Source: Camelus ferus
Lineage: Eukaryota
NCBI RefSeq assembly: GCF_009834535.1
Contig: NC_045696.1
Span: 27,902,001-27,966,000 of the forward strand
Reading direction: 5' to 3'
Length of the DNA stretch: 64,000 nt
Shown: positions 1-15,098 of the stretch, in pieces
How positions within the stretch are numbered: the first letter of the stretch is position 1
Layout of the letters: each line of letters starts with the position of its first letter
The notes under the pieces: generated by a model
The model's input: only the letters and a program-made list of their open reading frames with translations
Databases searched by the model: none
Told to the model about the DNA's origin: nothing
Translations under genes and position numbers: made by a program

Positions 1-2479
1 GGGAAGAAAAGGGAAATAAATTTTACAGATATACTAGTAACATTAAGGCTGCTTTGTTAATGAAGGGAAGAAGGGATAGCACATGCCAGGGTAAAAATCT
101 CACTAATTAGAAACTGGGGAGATCTTACTATCAACTAGTAGAGTAAGATCAAGAATGAGTTCTCAGTTAGACCCACATTCTTTGTCAGTCATTGTGCTCG
201 ATGTGAGGCAATGAAAAATGACTGAGAGATGCTCGTGGCTCTCACGTTACAGCCGACAGGGCATTCAAGTAGAGGTATAACATGGATCAAAGCACAGATG
301 CAGGGGAGGGTGGCCCAAGCAGGAGACGGGGAGAAACACTTCCAAGTAAGTACCGCCTGCACTAAAGCGACTACACTAGAGTCGTGTCACAGAGATGTCT
401 GAAGCCAGATGAAGGATTTTGGACCTAATTCCCTGGCACAGTGGAGCACCCACACCTTTCAGAGTATGACAGGTGATGCTTTGAGTGTGGAAAGATAATA
501 ATAGCCTTATTATTAGACTATTCTTATTTTGTACCAAAAAGACAAGAAAACTTAAGCTTTATTCTTATTTATCACACAGGTTTACACTGACTTCTTCAGC
601 CAGACATATATCAGAATGGTCATTTGTCATATATGAGAAGGCACAGCTTCCTGAAAAGAGCAGGGTAGTAATTTTGCAATCTAGACAGGGTGGCAAGTGG
701 AATCCTCCTTCATCTGCCTGCTTTCAGCACTTTGTGAATGATTTAAGAGTTTAGATGCACCCAGGGAAGGACATTTGAGATCACCATATTTAGTCTGAAC
801 TAAGTTAGACCTCGTGAAGTGAGCAAGCACATGAAAAGATCCCTGCAAAGAAACTATGGGCTGATGATAATGCAGGTATAAGTGAACCAGAAAACGGCAG
901 AGGAAACAATAGGAACAGTGACTATCACTACTGCATTATTGGATGAAAATCAGGGACATCTACAATTCAAAAGAGATTATGTTCAGACTACTATTTAAAG
1001 TATGACTCTACCTGCGTGCATGAGTGTGTTTCTATGTATAATGCCTTCAAATATTAGCTAATGATAGTAAAATGCTGTCAATGGTTAGCAAGATATCTGT
1101 TTAAATGACTTATTTCATGTTGATCTCATTCCTGCCTGTTCTCCAGTATTTATTTTCATACATTTCACAATGCCCATCGACACAATGACACATTTATGTA
1201 CTTCATAAATAAATTTTAAAATACACCATGAGAAGTGCTCCATTTCTTTAAAGTACAAGAATGAGCCATAAAAATGTTCATTCTAGACTCTATCTAGAAA
1301 ATGGAATGCCATGAAAGGTTTTAGAGTAAAATAATCAAATGTTCAGAACTTTGCTTTAGCAATATTATTCTGACTGCGATGTACAGGATAAATTAGAGAC
1401 GCATAATGGCTTTGAGAGATGATGTCAAGGCAGTCTTTGTGACCTGTCATGTGGGTAGCCTAGGAGTTTCTTGCAAGCAGAGGCTGTGTTCTCCTAATAT
1501 TGGTGTGATTAGCAATATCTCATGTGATAGAGGCATATTAGAATTGCCTGACACATATTTGTTAAGTTGAATGGAATACTTACAAGCTCATCTCTTTGTT
1601 AAGCCTTTGAAAGATCACTGTCAATGTCATCTTTTGACTAATCCGTCATACTGGAAGTATGGTCTTTTCTCCCTTTCCCAGAACATTTGATATTCCTGCT
1701 GCAGCCCCTGGACTGTTCTGCCTGATGCCATGCCTACCTATGTAATGCATGGATACATTCCAAGCAAATTTAGAATGTAAACTCTTCGAAAGGGGAACAT
1801 ACAAGATTTATCCAACTACCTAAATGAGAATTTATACATTCATATAATTAAACAGGGATAGGGAGAACTATAGAGAGAGTTAGAGCCTGGGACTTGAGTG
1901 TATCAGTATCTCTACCCCTCTCTCTCCTGTCTCCCTTGGTCAGCTTCCCTGGGAAGAGGAGTGAGAGAGGCAGGTGGAGAGGGGGATGTCTGCTGGAACA
2001 GACTATATACATAACTATATATCAAATAATATTACCACAGAGAAAAAAACTCTTACCTAACTTTTGAACACAAAATCCTGACTGGACACCTTCAGCAACA
2101 TAGATTCCAAAGATAAGACACGCAAAGAAAATTTGAACTGTACTTGGCAGTACTGTTAGTACTAGTAATTGTTTTGTGCATATTGTAGGGTAGAACAAAT
2201 AAATGCATATATTAGTATAGTTGAAAACCAGGATTCTCATGATGGGAAATGGAGCTAAAAATATGGAATCAAGGTTAAGGGATATAGAAAATAAATAAGA
2301 AAACATAGAAATACACAATCTGATTTCCAATAACAATAAGATCCAAAAAAAAGCAAGACAGAGTCATACGAAAATAAGTGAGACAGTATTAGCCAAAATT
2401 AGCCAAAATCACATAAAAAAACTAATTTGGAGGAGAACTCTGAACATCTAAGTGGACACATTCATCATCCAACTTGGGA

Positions 2480-3800
2480 GAAGATCATCCTGAACAGAGG
2501 AAACAGCAAGTGTCAAGACCCTGGGATAAGACCAGACCTGTCATTTGTGAGGGCTCTATGCCTTTCTTGGGTCTGAAGGATTGTCACTGAAGCTGAGTTT
2601 GGAGGTACAGTTATGGTCCAGGTTAGAAAGAGTACTGAGGTCAAAAAAGGGAATTTGGATTTTCATCTGAGTGAAACAAGATGCTACTGGCCAGTTTTAA
2701 GTGAAGGAGTGATGTGATTTTGCTTAGGTTTAATTAGACTCATTTTTGTTTCTTTGTGAGAAATGGAGTATAAGAGTACAGGTATGGATTAATGGTAATA
2801 GTGGAGATGAAGAGAGGTAGATTAATGCAGGATCTGTTTTGGAGATAGAGTCAAACAAACCTGCAGCTGGATTGAATGGGAGAGAGTAAGAAGTAACAAG
2901 ATGAATCCAATACTTTCAACTGGATGAATGGACATATTGAATACTCGATGGGAAAGACAGAGGGAGGACCAGATGGAGATGAAGTGGTGGGAAAATCAAA
3001 TATTTTGTTTGGACCATATAGTGCTTGTGATGCTTACTTTACATTCAGTTGGAGATGTCTGGTAAGTAGTTGGATATACGATTATGGAGTTCAAACTAAA
3101 AAAGAAAGGAAGAAAGAATGGAATAATGGAAGAGAGGGAGGAATTATGGAGCTAGAGATACAAAGTTGTTAGTTACAGACACATAAGATGACATTTATAG
3201 GCAAGTGACTGTAAGAGATTATTTAGAGAAAGATTGTAAAACAAGCTGCAAGCTTAGGGTACACATATTCAGATATTAAGAAAAGGATAGGAAATATGAA
3301 AAGGAGACTGAGAGAGGGTATCTGACAAGGTATGAGAACAAAGTATGTGGTGCAGTGGAAGCCTAGAGATGTATATGTTTAAGAAGGAGTGAGCAATTGT
3401 CAAATGATGTTATGAAGCCAAAGTAAGAGGAGAAGTGACTACTGTGTTTGACAATATATAGAGGGCTGATGTTTCCAGTAAGATGAGTTCCAACTGGAGT
3501 GCTTAGTGTGGGTTCCTATCTGAACATGACTAGGAGAGACTGTAGTGAGGTAGGGGCAAGGGCAGTATACAGAACTCAAGAATTTCTGCTGAAAAGGAGA
3601 ACATGGAGGGAGATAGTCTAAGAGATAATTCTTTTTTTTTTTTCAAGATGGAGGATCTTAGGAGAGGATGACAAGAAAGCTCCTTTTGAAAGAAAGAGAT
3701 ATTAATGTCAGAAAAAAAAAGACTGCAGAAAAAATATTCGTTGAGGCGAGAGATGATCAGATCAAGAGCAAAAGTAGCTTTTAACAAAATAGGGGGATTG
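2480..3800 (-). mobile_element. Ancient LINE-2 remnant
   Basis: Purine-rich stretch with motifs typical of antisense L2 (gaatttggattttcatctgagtgaaacaag, ggagtgatgtgattttgcttaggttt, ggagatgtctggtaagtagttggatatacg). Boundaries approximate. Confidence 0.7.
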
Positions 3801-5769
3801 TTGCACTAGAAGTGAAGGCAGAAAATATGCATATAATATGGATATAGTTGATAGACTAGGCAAAGGCACAATGAAAATGATTACTGCAGATTACTGTTCA
3901 TATTTCAGAATGTGAAATATTGGTGCATATATGCCAGGGACAGAGGGAATGGTGGAAGGAGGTGTTGGAGGCCTGAAGGGAGAAACGAGAGTGAGAGTGA
4001 GGGAAAGCAAATCTGAGAAGTAAATGCATAAGATGGGCAGCCAATTTTCAGTGCATATTTGCCCAACTCGCAAAGGAAAGCAATACTTTTAGTTTGGGTG
4101 TGTGCCGGGAAAGGATGCTAGTGTGATAGATGGACAGCTGTGTTGTGAAGACCTGAAACAGAACATGTTCAAAACTGGAGAAAAAGGAAGAATGTTTTAA
4201 GGATACCCCCAAAGCACTGCTCTAACAAAACAGCACAGTTCTCAATGAATTATTAAAAATAGCAGTAACAGATCACAATATAGGTCCTATAGTAGTACTC
4301 ACAGGCCAAAGAATTCTACACATTCGGTATCATTATCATTTTAATGTTGAGCTTATTTTGCAGTCTAAGAAATAGTAAATGACCATTTCAACAGCTTGTG
4401 ACTCAGTCCAATTATAAAGTAAGGAATACTATTTTTTGGTCATAGTGTAATTGTTTTCATTCAGAAACTCTCCCAAACCTCCTACTTCCCCATCCTCACC
4501 CCAATATAGCATTCCATCATTATAGCCCCACCTAGGAATGCAAAAACTGAAATTTTCAGTATAATATGCAGAGATATTTATATGCTATGAACTATATACG
4601 GTACTCTTCCAAATTAATCTGAGGTATACACTTTTTATGAATGGGTTTTATTGTTGACATTATCACTGGGAGTTAAGAGGGACAGAGAGATATATCATTA
4701 TGGCCACAAGATACAAGTAAAGATCACTTAGTAAGAACTGTAATTGTTTTTGAATACTTAACTATTGCATTTGCAAATAGAGGCTTCAGTTTGGGTTCAA
4801 ACAAAGTTGTTATGACATGATAAATGAGAAATCAATAGGAAAATAAATGGTTTCCAAAAGGCAAACTCACAAGTACCATTTTTTCCTTAATCTGCATCCA
4901 AATTTCTAAGACTCTCCAATTGGTGTGTCCATATATGAAGAAGTGTTATCTCTTATTTGAAGGCTGAAACACTATAAAGCAGGCAAGGACACTGGACCAG
5001 AAGCCCAGATTTCTTTTGTTCAGAATCCCCTTTAAAAAAAAGGAAAAACAAAGGGGAGCCTAAGGAAATAGTCCATCTCTCATCTATTGCTCAAGGAATT
5101 GATCCTCTAAGAATGTGTCAGAGAAGCAGTCACAGAGTGAATGTCCAAACCATCTGCCACAGGCCTGCCAAGAGAAATGGGTAAGCTAAACCTGCCCTGA
5201 CAAGACTTTACCATAATTGGCTGGACAAACAGATCTTTTTCGTCAAAGAAAACATTTTGTGTATCACAGTTTTACTAAACGAATAATGCTTGAATAACAA
5301 GTTATTTTTTGTAAGAAATAATTACCGGTTTTGGAGAGAATGCTATAAGCCATGTAATTACAAGATCAAATGAATCTGTTGCTGTCATAAATTTCTCTTG
5401 ACAGCACTTCAAGAGAAAGATATTAAAGTATGAATGATAGGAATGAAATAGTAGTCTTAATGCATGAGATTATTAGAATGGGTTTTAACTTCAGGGAGAA
5501 AGATATTCCAAAAGTGGGTGGCACTATTTTACAACAGACAATATATTAATGACCTTTCTGATTATTCAATATAAAAATACACTTCTACAGCATGACTAAA
5601 TAAAAAAAAAAAACTCATGTGAAACCTCAAAGCTAGGACCCATTACACTACCCAATTAATATTTTCATGTGATTTCCCCTAAGGCAATAAAAAGATCATT
5701 GTTTATTCACAGGCACAGACAGTATATCATTGAAACAAATATTTAAAACTATTTTAAAATAATATAACT

Positions 5770-5900
5770 GGAAGAAACACTAGAGATCACTTAACCCAAA
5801 CTTCTCATTTCACAAATAAGAAAACTGAGACTGAAAAATTAAATGACTTGCTCAAGGTCACAAATCATGAACAGCTGTCAGCATCAGGCCTAACCTCGTC
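5770..5900 (-). mobile_element. MIR SINE fragment
   Basis: Antisense MIR core: catttcacaaataagaaaactgagactgaaaaattaaatgacttgctcaaggtcaca. Confidence 0.8.
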
Positions 5901-6324
5901 AAATCTGAAAAAGTCTCTCCCTTTTCCTTTGAAACATAATCCACTCTACTCTTCCAAATGGACTGTTTCTCTCTCCTACCCTTTCAGTGTTCTATCTATG
6001 ACAAATTACTCAGGACTTCTTTCTCTGTACAGAAGTCATTGCCATGTTGGGCCTGTCTTCCATACTTGTCCCATGTATCATGCCTTCCCAATGCTATTAA
6101 GCCTATCTGATACAGTAAATTAGAAATCGAGGAATGCTGGTGCAGAATATTGTAGTTTTTCTACTTTGAGTGGAGAATGAAAGATGGGGGGGACACAAAT
6201 TTTGATAACTTTTTTAGGGAGACCATCACTTTTTTAATCACTCAAAGTTGTAATGGGAATTTTGAGCCCAGTCTCTTAACCGCTGTGAGTTGGTTACTCT
6301 TCATAGATGAGAAAATAGCCAACA

Positions 6325-6512
6325 CTCAGGGGTTAAAAGAATAGGCTCTAAAATAGACTTATGTTTCAATCTAGGTTCCGCTTTTTTACAAGCAGTGATT
6401 TTAAGCAACAACTTCCTCATCAGGACAGTTTGAAGATTACGTGAGAATATCTATGTAAAGTGTTTACAATAAAAATGAGCACAGAGCAGAAGCTAAATGT
6501 CAAGTTATTATA
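6325..6512 (+). mobile_element. MIR SINE, degraded
   Basis: MIR-like 5' part and 3' part (gaagattacgtgagaatatctatgtaaagtgtttacaata...cacagagcagaagc). Confidence 0.6.
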
Positions 6513-6569
6513 TCTAGTGGATATTGTTCAACTCCTCCATCTGTTGTCATCCTGTTAAAATCTGAATGC

Positions 6570-7560
6570 TTCTGTGTCATTCCACTGAAACCACTCTTGA
6601 AAAGTATGACCTATGACCAATTAAATGTCAAATTCAGTGACCCATTTTTAGTAGCTGTTCTATCTCAACACTCTCCAACACTTGAGACTGCTTACCTCTC
6701 TGGGTGTCTTCAAATTCTCTCCTCCTTTGACTTCTGTGAACCCCCACTCTCCCCAGCACCGTATATATCAGACTGTTCCTTTCTTTCCCCTCTACCTTTT
6801 ATCTTGATGATGTCATTTACTTCAAAGCTTGCAACCAGTCCCAGAATGCCAGGAACTCTGATGTCTATTTCTGGTATTTTTCTAATTCCAGAGATACATA
6901 TAGACTCTAATTTCAAACTGATTTCTGTGTATTTTTATTCTAATGCACGGGACCAGAAAACAGAACTCATTCAATTTTCCTACAACTAACTATCCCTGAG
7001 TTCCCTGTCTTTAGAAATGTTATCTCCATCTACTTCATTGAGTTTCACAAAGGCTTCTTTAATTCTTTTTTCCAGCATGTCTTGAATGACAGCTCATCCC
7101 TGTTTGCTTGGGATGGTTTCAATTTATACCTACCATTTCATCTCCATTATTAATTGAAATCTCTTTCACTCTTAAAAGTGTTGTAGTATGGTTGATAAAT
7201 TCTGTGATTATCCTAATCATGTTAGGCATTCAGCCTACTTCACAATCATTATCAGACTCTTGGTATTTCTTTCCATTCTCTGTAGTGTAGGCTTCCATTT
7301 TGGTTTTCTTTCTGGACACTATCTAGTCTCTTTAAGGATCATTGATATCAATATATTTCTGATTACTATATTCTTCCATGGTTACTCAAATGATCTTCCT
7401 AAACACAAGCCTGGTACTATTATTCCCCTTCATAACGATGTTCACTCTTTCTCAACTGCCCACCACACAAAGTCCAGCACCCTCTTCTCACTAATTTTGC
7501 ATTTGCTCATCTCCCTTCCTTACTACATTTAGACTCAAGGATAGGCCATATTGTAGATCA
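6570..7560 (+). mobile_element. LINE-2 remnant (RT region to 3' part)
   Basis: cattccactgaaaccactcttgaaaagtatgacctatgacc...aaattcagtgacc matches the recalled L2 RT-region consensus; pyrimidine-rich continuation. Confidence 0.7.
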
Positions 7561-8625
7561 GTAGTTTTATATTAGAGAATATAACTTAATAAAGAGTAGA
7601 CATGTAGTAATGTCTTTCTACAATAATACCTCTGGAAAAAATGCTAGCAGACTATAGCATTTCCTGATATCAGTCATTGAAGAGGGATAATATGCATTCC
7701 TGCCTGCCTGGCAGGGCCACTGTAAAACACAAGTGTGACAATGCAAGCATGTTCAGCATCACCATACAAGGTGCATGACTATTGGTTTTGTTATTGTTAT
7801 TTTTCTCTCTCCTACCCAAAATAGATGCATTTACTATTAATAGAGGCTTTCATTAAGGATCGAAATATTCAAATGAGTGTTTCTGCTATTCACAGGGAGG
7901 AAAATGCATTCTCCAAAAAGTAAATTTTGTGAGAACTCCATTATCAAAATTTCCTTTCTTTGATTAAAAAACTATATATTTAGGACTTACATTTTCCCTA
8001 TTTTTAATAGCAATTGAAACCCTTAAAACTATAGAATGTAACATTTGATATAATCTTCTTAAGATTTTACCTTTTACAAATTTATAGATGGTCAAATTAC
8101 TTTCCTGAGTTTTAAAACCAAATGGGGGGAATGATACCTCATCAGAAATAGGTTCAAATTTCATCCTCATCACCTTTAGAGAGCAACACACTATGGAGTA
8201 TATTAACTCCAGTCCTCAACCTCTAACATTGACAACCAGGACTAAGGATGCACATAAACAGAAAATACCAAGATAAAAAATACTAAAAATGCAGAATCAG
8301 AAAGCATATGCATGTATATAAATTTCATACTCCAAAAAATAAAAGTGAATATTGTTTATTTATTCTCATCCTTTTAGATATTTATGTCTACATTACATAT
8401 ATGTGTGTATGTATATTCCATAACTTTATTAAATATATATTCCATAAATTAAGGGAATGCACATGCTCTTAAACTGGTTTTCTGACCGACCAAGCACTTG
8501 CAAATAAATTTGATTGGACTACAGGAAGTTGCCTTTTTTAAAAAGGGAATTTGAATATCAACAGTTTCCTATGGTTCAAATTAATAGCAAATGGGAACTG
8601 GCTAAGAGTATTTAAATTATTCTGC

Positions 8626-9597
8626 TCACGTATATATGGTCAATTTATTTAGGGAAAAGGAGTCAAGAATATACAATGGGGAAAGGATAGTCTCTCCAAT
8701 GAATGATATTGAGAACACTGGAGAGCCACATGCAAAAAAAAAGAAAGAAAAATTAAAAAAAGAAAAGCAAGAAACTGGACCACTCTCTTAATACACACAC
8801 AAAAACTAACCCAAAATGTATTAAACACTTGAACACAAGACCTAAAGCCACAAAACTCCAAGAAGAAAACATAGGCAGTAAGTTCCTTGACATAGGTCTT
8901 GATGATGATGTTTTTGGATTTGACACCAAAAGCAAAGGCAACAAAAGCAAAAAGTTCTTGTTCACAATTGGGACTATATCAAACTAAAAAGCTTCTGTAC
9001 AGCAAAGGAAACCACTGACAAAATTAAAAGGCAACCTACCAAATGGAGAAAATATTTGTAAATCATAAGTCTGGTAAGGAGTTAATATCCAAAATATATA
9101 AAGAATTCATAAAACTCAATAGCAGAAAAAAAAACTGATTAAAAAATGGGCAGAGTATCTCAACAGGCATTTTTTTCAAAGAAGCATGAAAGATGGCTAA
9201 CAGATACATGAAAAGACACTCAACATCATGAATCATCAGCAAAATGCAAATCAAAACCACAATATCACCTCACACTTGTTTAGAATGGCTAGTATCGAAA
9301 AAACAAGAAGTAAGTGTTGGCAGAGACAGTGAAGAAAATGGAAACCCTGTGCACTGTTATTGGGAATGTAAATTGGTGCACCCACTATGGAAGACAGTAG
9401 GAGGTTCCTCCAAAAATTACAAATAGAACTACCATGTGATAGTAATTCCACTTCCAGGTATTGACCCAAAGGAAATGAGAACATTAACTTGAAAAGATAT
9501 GCACCCCTATGTTCACTGCAACTTTATTTACAATAGCCAAAACATGGAATCAACCTTAATGTTCACTGATGGATGAATGGATAAAAAGATGCTATAT

Positions 9598-9642
<45 letters not shown>

Positions 9643-10106
9643 ATTTGTCTATAAAAGAGGGAAATCTTGCCATTTGTGACAAATGGATGGGTCTTGAGTG
9701 CAGTATGCTAAGTGAAAAAAGTTAGCAGAGAAAGAAGAATACTGTATAACCTCACTTATGTGTGGAATCTAAAAATAAGAGGCAGAGGGTGGAGGGGGAA
9801 GAGCAAAATGGCTGAATGGGGTCAAAAGGTACAAACTTTCAGTTATAAAATAAATAAGTAATGACACAAGTAATGTACAGCATGGTGACTATAGTTATTA
9901 ATACTGTATTATATATTTGAAAATTGCTAAGAGAATAGATCTTAACAATTCTCATTGCAAGAAAAAATTTTGTTACTATGTTTAATAATGGATGTCCACT
10001 GGACTTATTGTGGTGATCAGTTCACAATATATACAAATATCAAATCATCATATTGCCTATTTGAAACTAATATAATGTTATGTGTCAATTATATCTCAAT
10101 AAAAAA
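8626..10106 (+). mobile_element. 5'-truncated LINE-1 (L1MA8/9-like): decayed ORF2 C-terminus plus 3' UTR
   Basis: ORF2-like motifs (MQIKTT, ggaaaggatagtctctccaat, atgttcactgcaactttatttacaatagccaaaacatggaa) with frameshifts. The 3' UTR ends gtcaattatatctcaataaaaaa. Contains (CA)n at about 9602-9636. Confidence 0.92.
9602..9636. repeat. (CA)n microsatellite inside L1
   Basis: Directly visible. Confidence 0.95.
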
Positions 10107-12424
10107 GTATATATTTTTATTTATAAATTAGAACAACTTGTATATTTTAAAATGAAAATCTAGGAGAATTCCTTATTAAGGATAAAAAAGCTAATATATT
10201 TAACTGGAAATCCATAATTGGAGAATAGAGTCTTTATTATTTCTTTATGATATAATGTTCACATTCATGTTCACTTCATCCGTGATGCACACATTTGTTG
10301 ATCTTTCGACAGATTGTTAAAGGGCCATTTAGACTGAATAATTTTATAATTTGAAATCCTGTTTAAATGTAAGTAATTTTGAAACATTCAACTACATGGT
10401 TCATGTTTCAGGAAGAAAAGTAGACCCATTTCAAAGACTACACATTGGGAATTCCTTTCATGTTCATTGCCAATCAATATTGTGGAGTCTCTAGTTGATA
10501 AAATACTAAATGTATGAAAATGTTGGGGGGAGTGGAGTGGAGTAGAAGAATCCTAAAAGAGTCAAGTGCTCCAAGCCCTTTTATTTTATACATAAAAAAC
10601 TGAGATTCAATGACTTGAAATAGTAATTTGGTCATTTGGAGTAACTATTAGGAAACCTGAAGAAAAAGAAACAATAAAAGATAATCAATCTGCATAACCA
10701 AAGATACACTTGCACTGGATCTAGTAGACTTTAGAACAGGATCTATTGACAATGCATTGATCCTGTAAGGCATTTAGTATGTAATGAACTAGACAGCTCT
10801 CGGGGAGTTCTGCAAGTACAATACCATGGCCTTGAGAGAAGAATGGGTAGCATGATGATCTGTATTTCTTAGTCTATTGAGAATTTCTCAATCAGGATTT
10901 CTCAGCTATTTCACTATCTAAAGTCATTTGAAATTTTATAATAACATTGAAATGTTTCATAAAAATGACCCATAACAGAAGTTATAATTATTAGATAGGT
11001 TCAAATTGTATCTCTCTCTTTCTCTCTCTTCCAATAAAAGATAAAGGTTAAAAAAAAATCTTATTATTGGGGAATACTGTTTAAATTGACTTAAGGTTTT
11101 CTAGGGTACATGATGGTCAAAGGATCAGATGAAAGCACCCAAGAATCACAGAGGATAGTTCTACCTTGTCTGCAACGAATGTAGTAGAGGATTGGAGGTG
11201 TCAGAAGTGAGAGATGAGGGGAAGCAGAAAGGTTGAAGTGAACCGCGGGTGAAGTTGAAAAATCTATGAAATCTGTGTCTGCGTATGATTAGAAAACAAT
11301 TAAGAGAATAGAAAATGTTGTAGCTGAAGAAATGATGGATGATAGGGCACTGTTTTTAAGAAAAGGGGAACAAAGGCCAGAGAGGGAGGTGAAAGAAAGA
11401 TATTTTAAAATCTGCAACCTTACAGAGAAAACAAAGGAATATCGCCTAAAGTAGAATATAATGCAAACACGATTCAATTAGCTTAAAGCCACTTGTCATG
11501 GAAGAGACACTTGGGGAGAATTGGAGAAAAATTTTAAAATAAGCGTATTTTGGTTCTAAAAATCCTTTAGCTTGATATTAACTTGAGATGAGGACTAGAA
11601 AAAGAAATCTGGGCATCTTCAGAAGAGAGCATGTAGTTAAAATCTTGGGAATAATTGAAACTTCCGATGGAGGAGGTCTAAACTAAGGAACGTGATGGGT
11701 ACTGATGACCTGCTAAGACCTCCCTCACAAACGGCAGAAACAGGAGGACTGATATGAGAGGAATGGACTAATACAAGGGAGGCTGTGCTTCAGTGCAGTC
11801 TTATTACAGAGATTATTTTCTAACAGGCAATAGATACAACTGATGAAACGTTACACCATCAACAAGAAAGAGAAGGGAAAACACCAAAGTCAGCTTTGAA
11901 CCGGTGGATAGTTTTAGTTGTAGTAGGAAGGTCACTAAAACCTGAATATCTGGATTAGGTAGAGGAACTCTGAAGAAGTAGCCATGGTTACTGATAGAAA
12001 CTTAAGTCAATAGAAAAAGAAAAAGTCCCACAGCATGTTCGAGACTGAATGCTTCAGGGGAAAGAAACAGCAGGGCAATGAATGGTGACCCTGTGAATTT
12101 AGATTTCTCTTAGTACCACAGAAGAGACTAGAGAATGGGGAATATTTGATGAAGCAAATCAAAAAAAGTTACTTGGCAATAAGATTTCTTTTTGGTGGAG
12201 GACTTGATTTTTTTTTTTTTAATTGAAGATTTTGGAAGAGAACTTGCACATAAGGGAAGTTTTCAGATCAGATAAAAGTACAATAGTTTGTGTGTACGGA
12301 GGAGCTGGAGATGTGTCTATGTCCAGTGAAAATGCTCTCGCGATTCTCTCTTCCTACTCACATAAACAATGCAATAAGATGAATGAAACTTTAACAGAAA
12401 GCACAAATAAAGCAAGTCAATTTT

Positions 12425-12530
12425 AGCAAGTCACTTAAACACTCTCGACATATCTACTTGCTATTACAGGGCTCTTTTAAAGAATCAAATGAATTAAATG
12501 AAATAGTGTGTAGAAAAGTGCTATGTATAT
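12425..12530 (+). mobile_element. MIR fragment
   Basis: gcaagtcacttaaacactctc...agaatcaaatga...tgtagaaaagtgct. Confidence 0.5.
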
Positions 12531-14249
12531 TTTCTATATTATATATATTATTTGATATAAATAATTTTTAGAAATTAGGAAACAACTGTATGTGAAGATA
12601 GATATATAAGTAAAATGCTATGTTTCTATTTGTTATTCACTTTTAATATTGTTGATAGGAACACAATTTAGTAATCTAAGTATCATTTATTCTTAGTAGA
12701 ATGGGATAAATGAAATTATTACTGGACCTCCTATTCCTGATAGAAATGTTACATGTGAAAACTAAACCCATCATCAACTTAAGGATATTAACTAGGCAGG
12801 TGCTGGTGAGTGTTAAAACAAAACAGAATATTTTAAAATTGGAATCACAGTCCTGATCAAGTTACCTTGTGTGGCCTTCTAATATGTATGTTCTAATTTA
12901 TAAATTCTATGTTATTAGTACAATGCATCTTTTATGGTGACACAAAATGCAATTTTACCTGTATTAATTATTCCTAGAAGAACTTATGAATTCTAGATCT
13001 ATCATTTTAATTTTTAATAGTCAAAATAATAAAGAACAGTATTTCAGTGTCTTGTATCAGATTTTTAGAAGCAGAACTGTTTCAATTTTTGACGTCATAG
13101 ATCTCCATATTCTTTTCAAGGCTTCATAGGATAAAAATTTTCCCATCTTATGAGAGGGCAGATGAAAAGAAATACATATGTAGAAATACCTGAAAGGCAC
13201 TTAATTTTCTTTTTCAAATAGAGCATTTACTCTGTTCACTGTATAAAGTCTAAAGATATGAAGAAATGAATAAAAAATCCTTACAGTTTCAACCACTGTT
13301 AATATCTACATATAGTTTGCATCTTATGCGTATGTAAGTTACTACTATGCGTAGGCATATATTTCTACCTATATAGTGGAGATGACACTTAATACAAATT
13401 TTTACATTCCATCTACTTTTTTGCATAGCATCTTTAATATGAGCTTTTCTGGCATTATTTATGAAAAGGACCTTTCATAAACATTGCTTTATTTGCTATA
13501 GGATTCTACTTTGGGATTATGTTCTAGTTTATTTAACTAACCCTCTGCCATGGGGTATCAGTCCATCTGTTAGTCATTAAAAATATTCACTGACTACAAA
13601 AAAGGAAAAAAAAAATCTTTGTGAAGAATAGACTAAAAATCTACCTAATAAAATAGTAAATTATTCAAATATATTGTATAAGAATATTTCTAGTTTGTAA
13701 AACTTTAAAAGCATTTTGAAAGCCTTTTATATATATTTATATTTGTTGTGTTTGCTGTAATTATTAGTCAAAAGACTCCAAAGATTACAGCTAAATTTGC
13801 AATTCAGAAGCCAGACGGATTCATTAGCTGTCTTGCCTCAGTAATCAATCCTTGTCTTCAGTCAGTAAACATTTTACCATCTGTGATATTGGACTAACCT
13901 TTTCCAGGATACTTTAGTTCTGGAGGAATATCTGAGAAGGATCAGCACATTGGACAAGCAAGACTTACTAAGAACAACGTTAATAAGCAATCAGATCTGT
14001 CCTATTAGACGAGATCTTCACTTACTCAAGAAACAAAAATTAGCAACTTTATCTTAAATTCAAAACAAGCAGCCAAACAAATAAGATGTTGATCAGACAG
14101 GCAGACAAATTAACGAGGACTTATGCAATTGATGGGCAGGAAATATTGTTCTCCTGAATATTCAGTCAAAAACAACAAACATTCAGAGACTAAGGAAGCC
14201 TCATGCCAGCCTAATGACAATGATGAAACTTTAACCAAGGGTTCTCTTT

Positions 14250-14430
14250 TTACATCCAGTCTCTATCTTTTCCCAGCAGTGGACTAGGTTACCTAACCTC
14301 TCTGTGCCTCATATTCTTAATCTGTAGAATGGGAAAAACCTCCCAGGTTTACTGAAATTTTTAAATAAACTAAAATAAATTAAATATTTACAACAGAGTT
14401 TGGCTCAGAATGAACATTTATTGAGTAAAG
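14250..14430 (+). mobile_element. MIR SINE
   Basis: Core ttacctaacctctctgtgcctcatattcttaatctgtagaatggg. Confidence 0.8.
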
Positions 14431-15098
14431 TATATACATCTCGTATGTGTTAGCAACTAGCAGTTAGAAAGGAAACAATTTTTACTTTTCCTTATGATAT
14501 TAGCTTTTAAATACTGTTCATTATCCACTACCAAATTTCTATCTAGTAGTGCTAGAATATGATTTAAAAAAAAAAACTAATCTTCAATCATTTAATTTCT
14601 ACAATTTGAAAAATTAAGGGATGTCTTCCCTGTTCTCTGTTCCTTCCTTCCTTCCAATTCAGCACTTTCTATTACATTATCATTATTTTCATGAAAATAA
14701 AGTAAATGTGTAATAAACTATCACATAACTTTATATATATGCTATATGTATAGCATTTATATATATATAAAACTGGAAAATTAAAAACAAAATGAATTAT
14801 AATGAAATTATGTGTAATGCAATGTAAAATGCTTGGGCATATATTGAAGACGTAATGAAACAGTCAGATGTTTTCATCTATATGTAGAATCACTGTGAAT
14901 ATGGCAGCCAAAGAAATAAACTGAATCAGGCAATATTGATTCCAACACAAACAGTGACACCTTTGTCTGTGATGTGATCGGAGCAAAATAAAGTACAATC
15001 TTGATTCCTTTCACAAAGAAATTGTGTAGTAAGAGTTGCTAAGGAAAACAGAACTAGCTTCTAAGCTCAGATAATTAAAGACAGATTTTTTTTGCCCA

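Noticed and set aside
6597..7532. Cluster of 60-130 aa ORFs
   Set aside because: Chance ORFs in a decayed L2.
13894..14057. Plus-strand ctaac...ttttccag|GAT acceptor-like site with a 49-codon open frame
   Set aside because: The branch motif is too close to the AG, there is no good donor, the peptide is unrecognised and it is opposite to the candidate gene.
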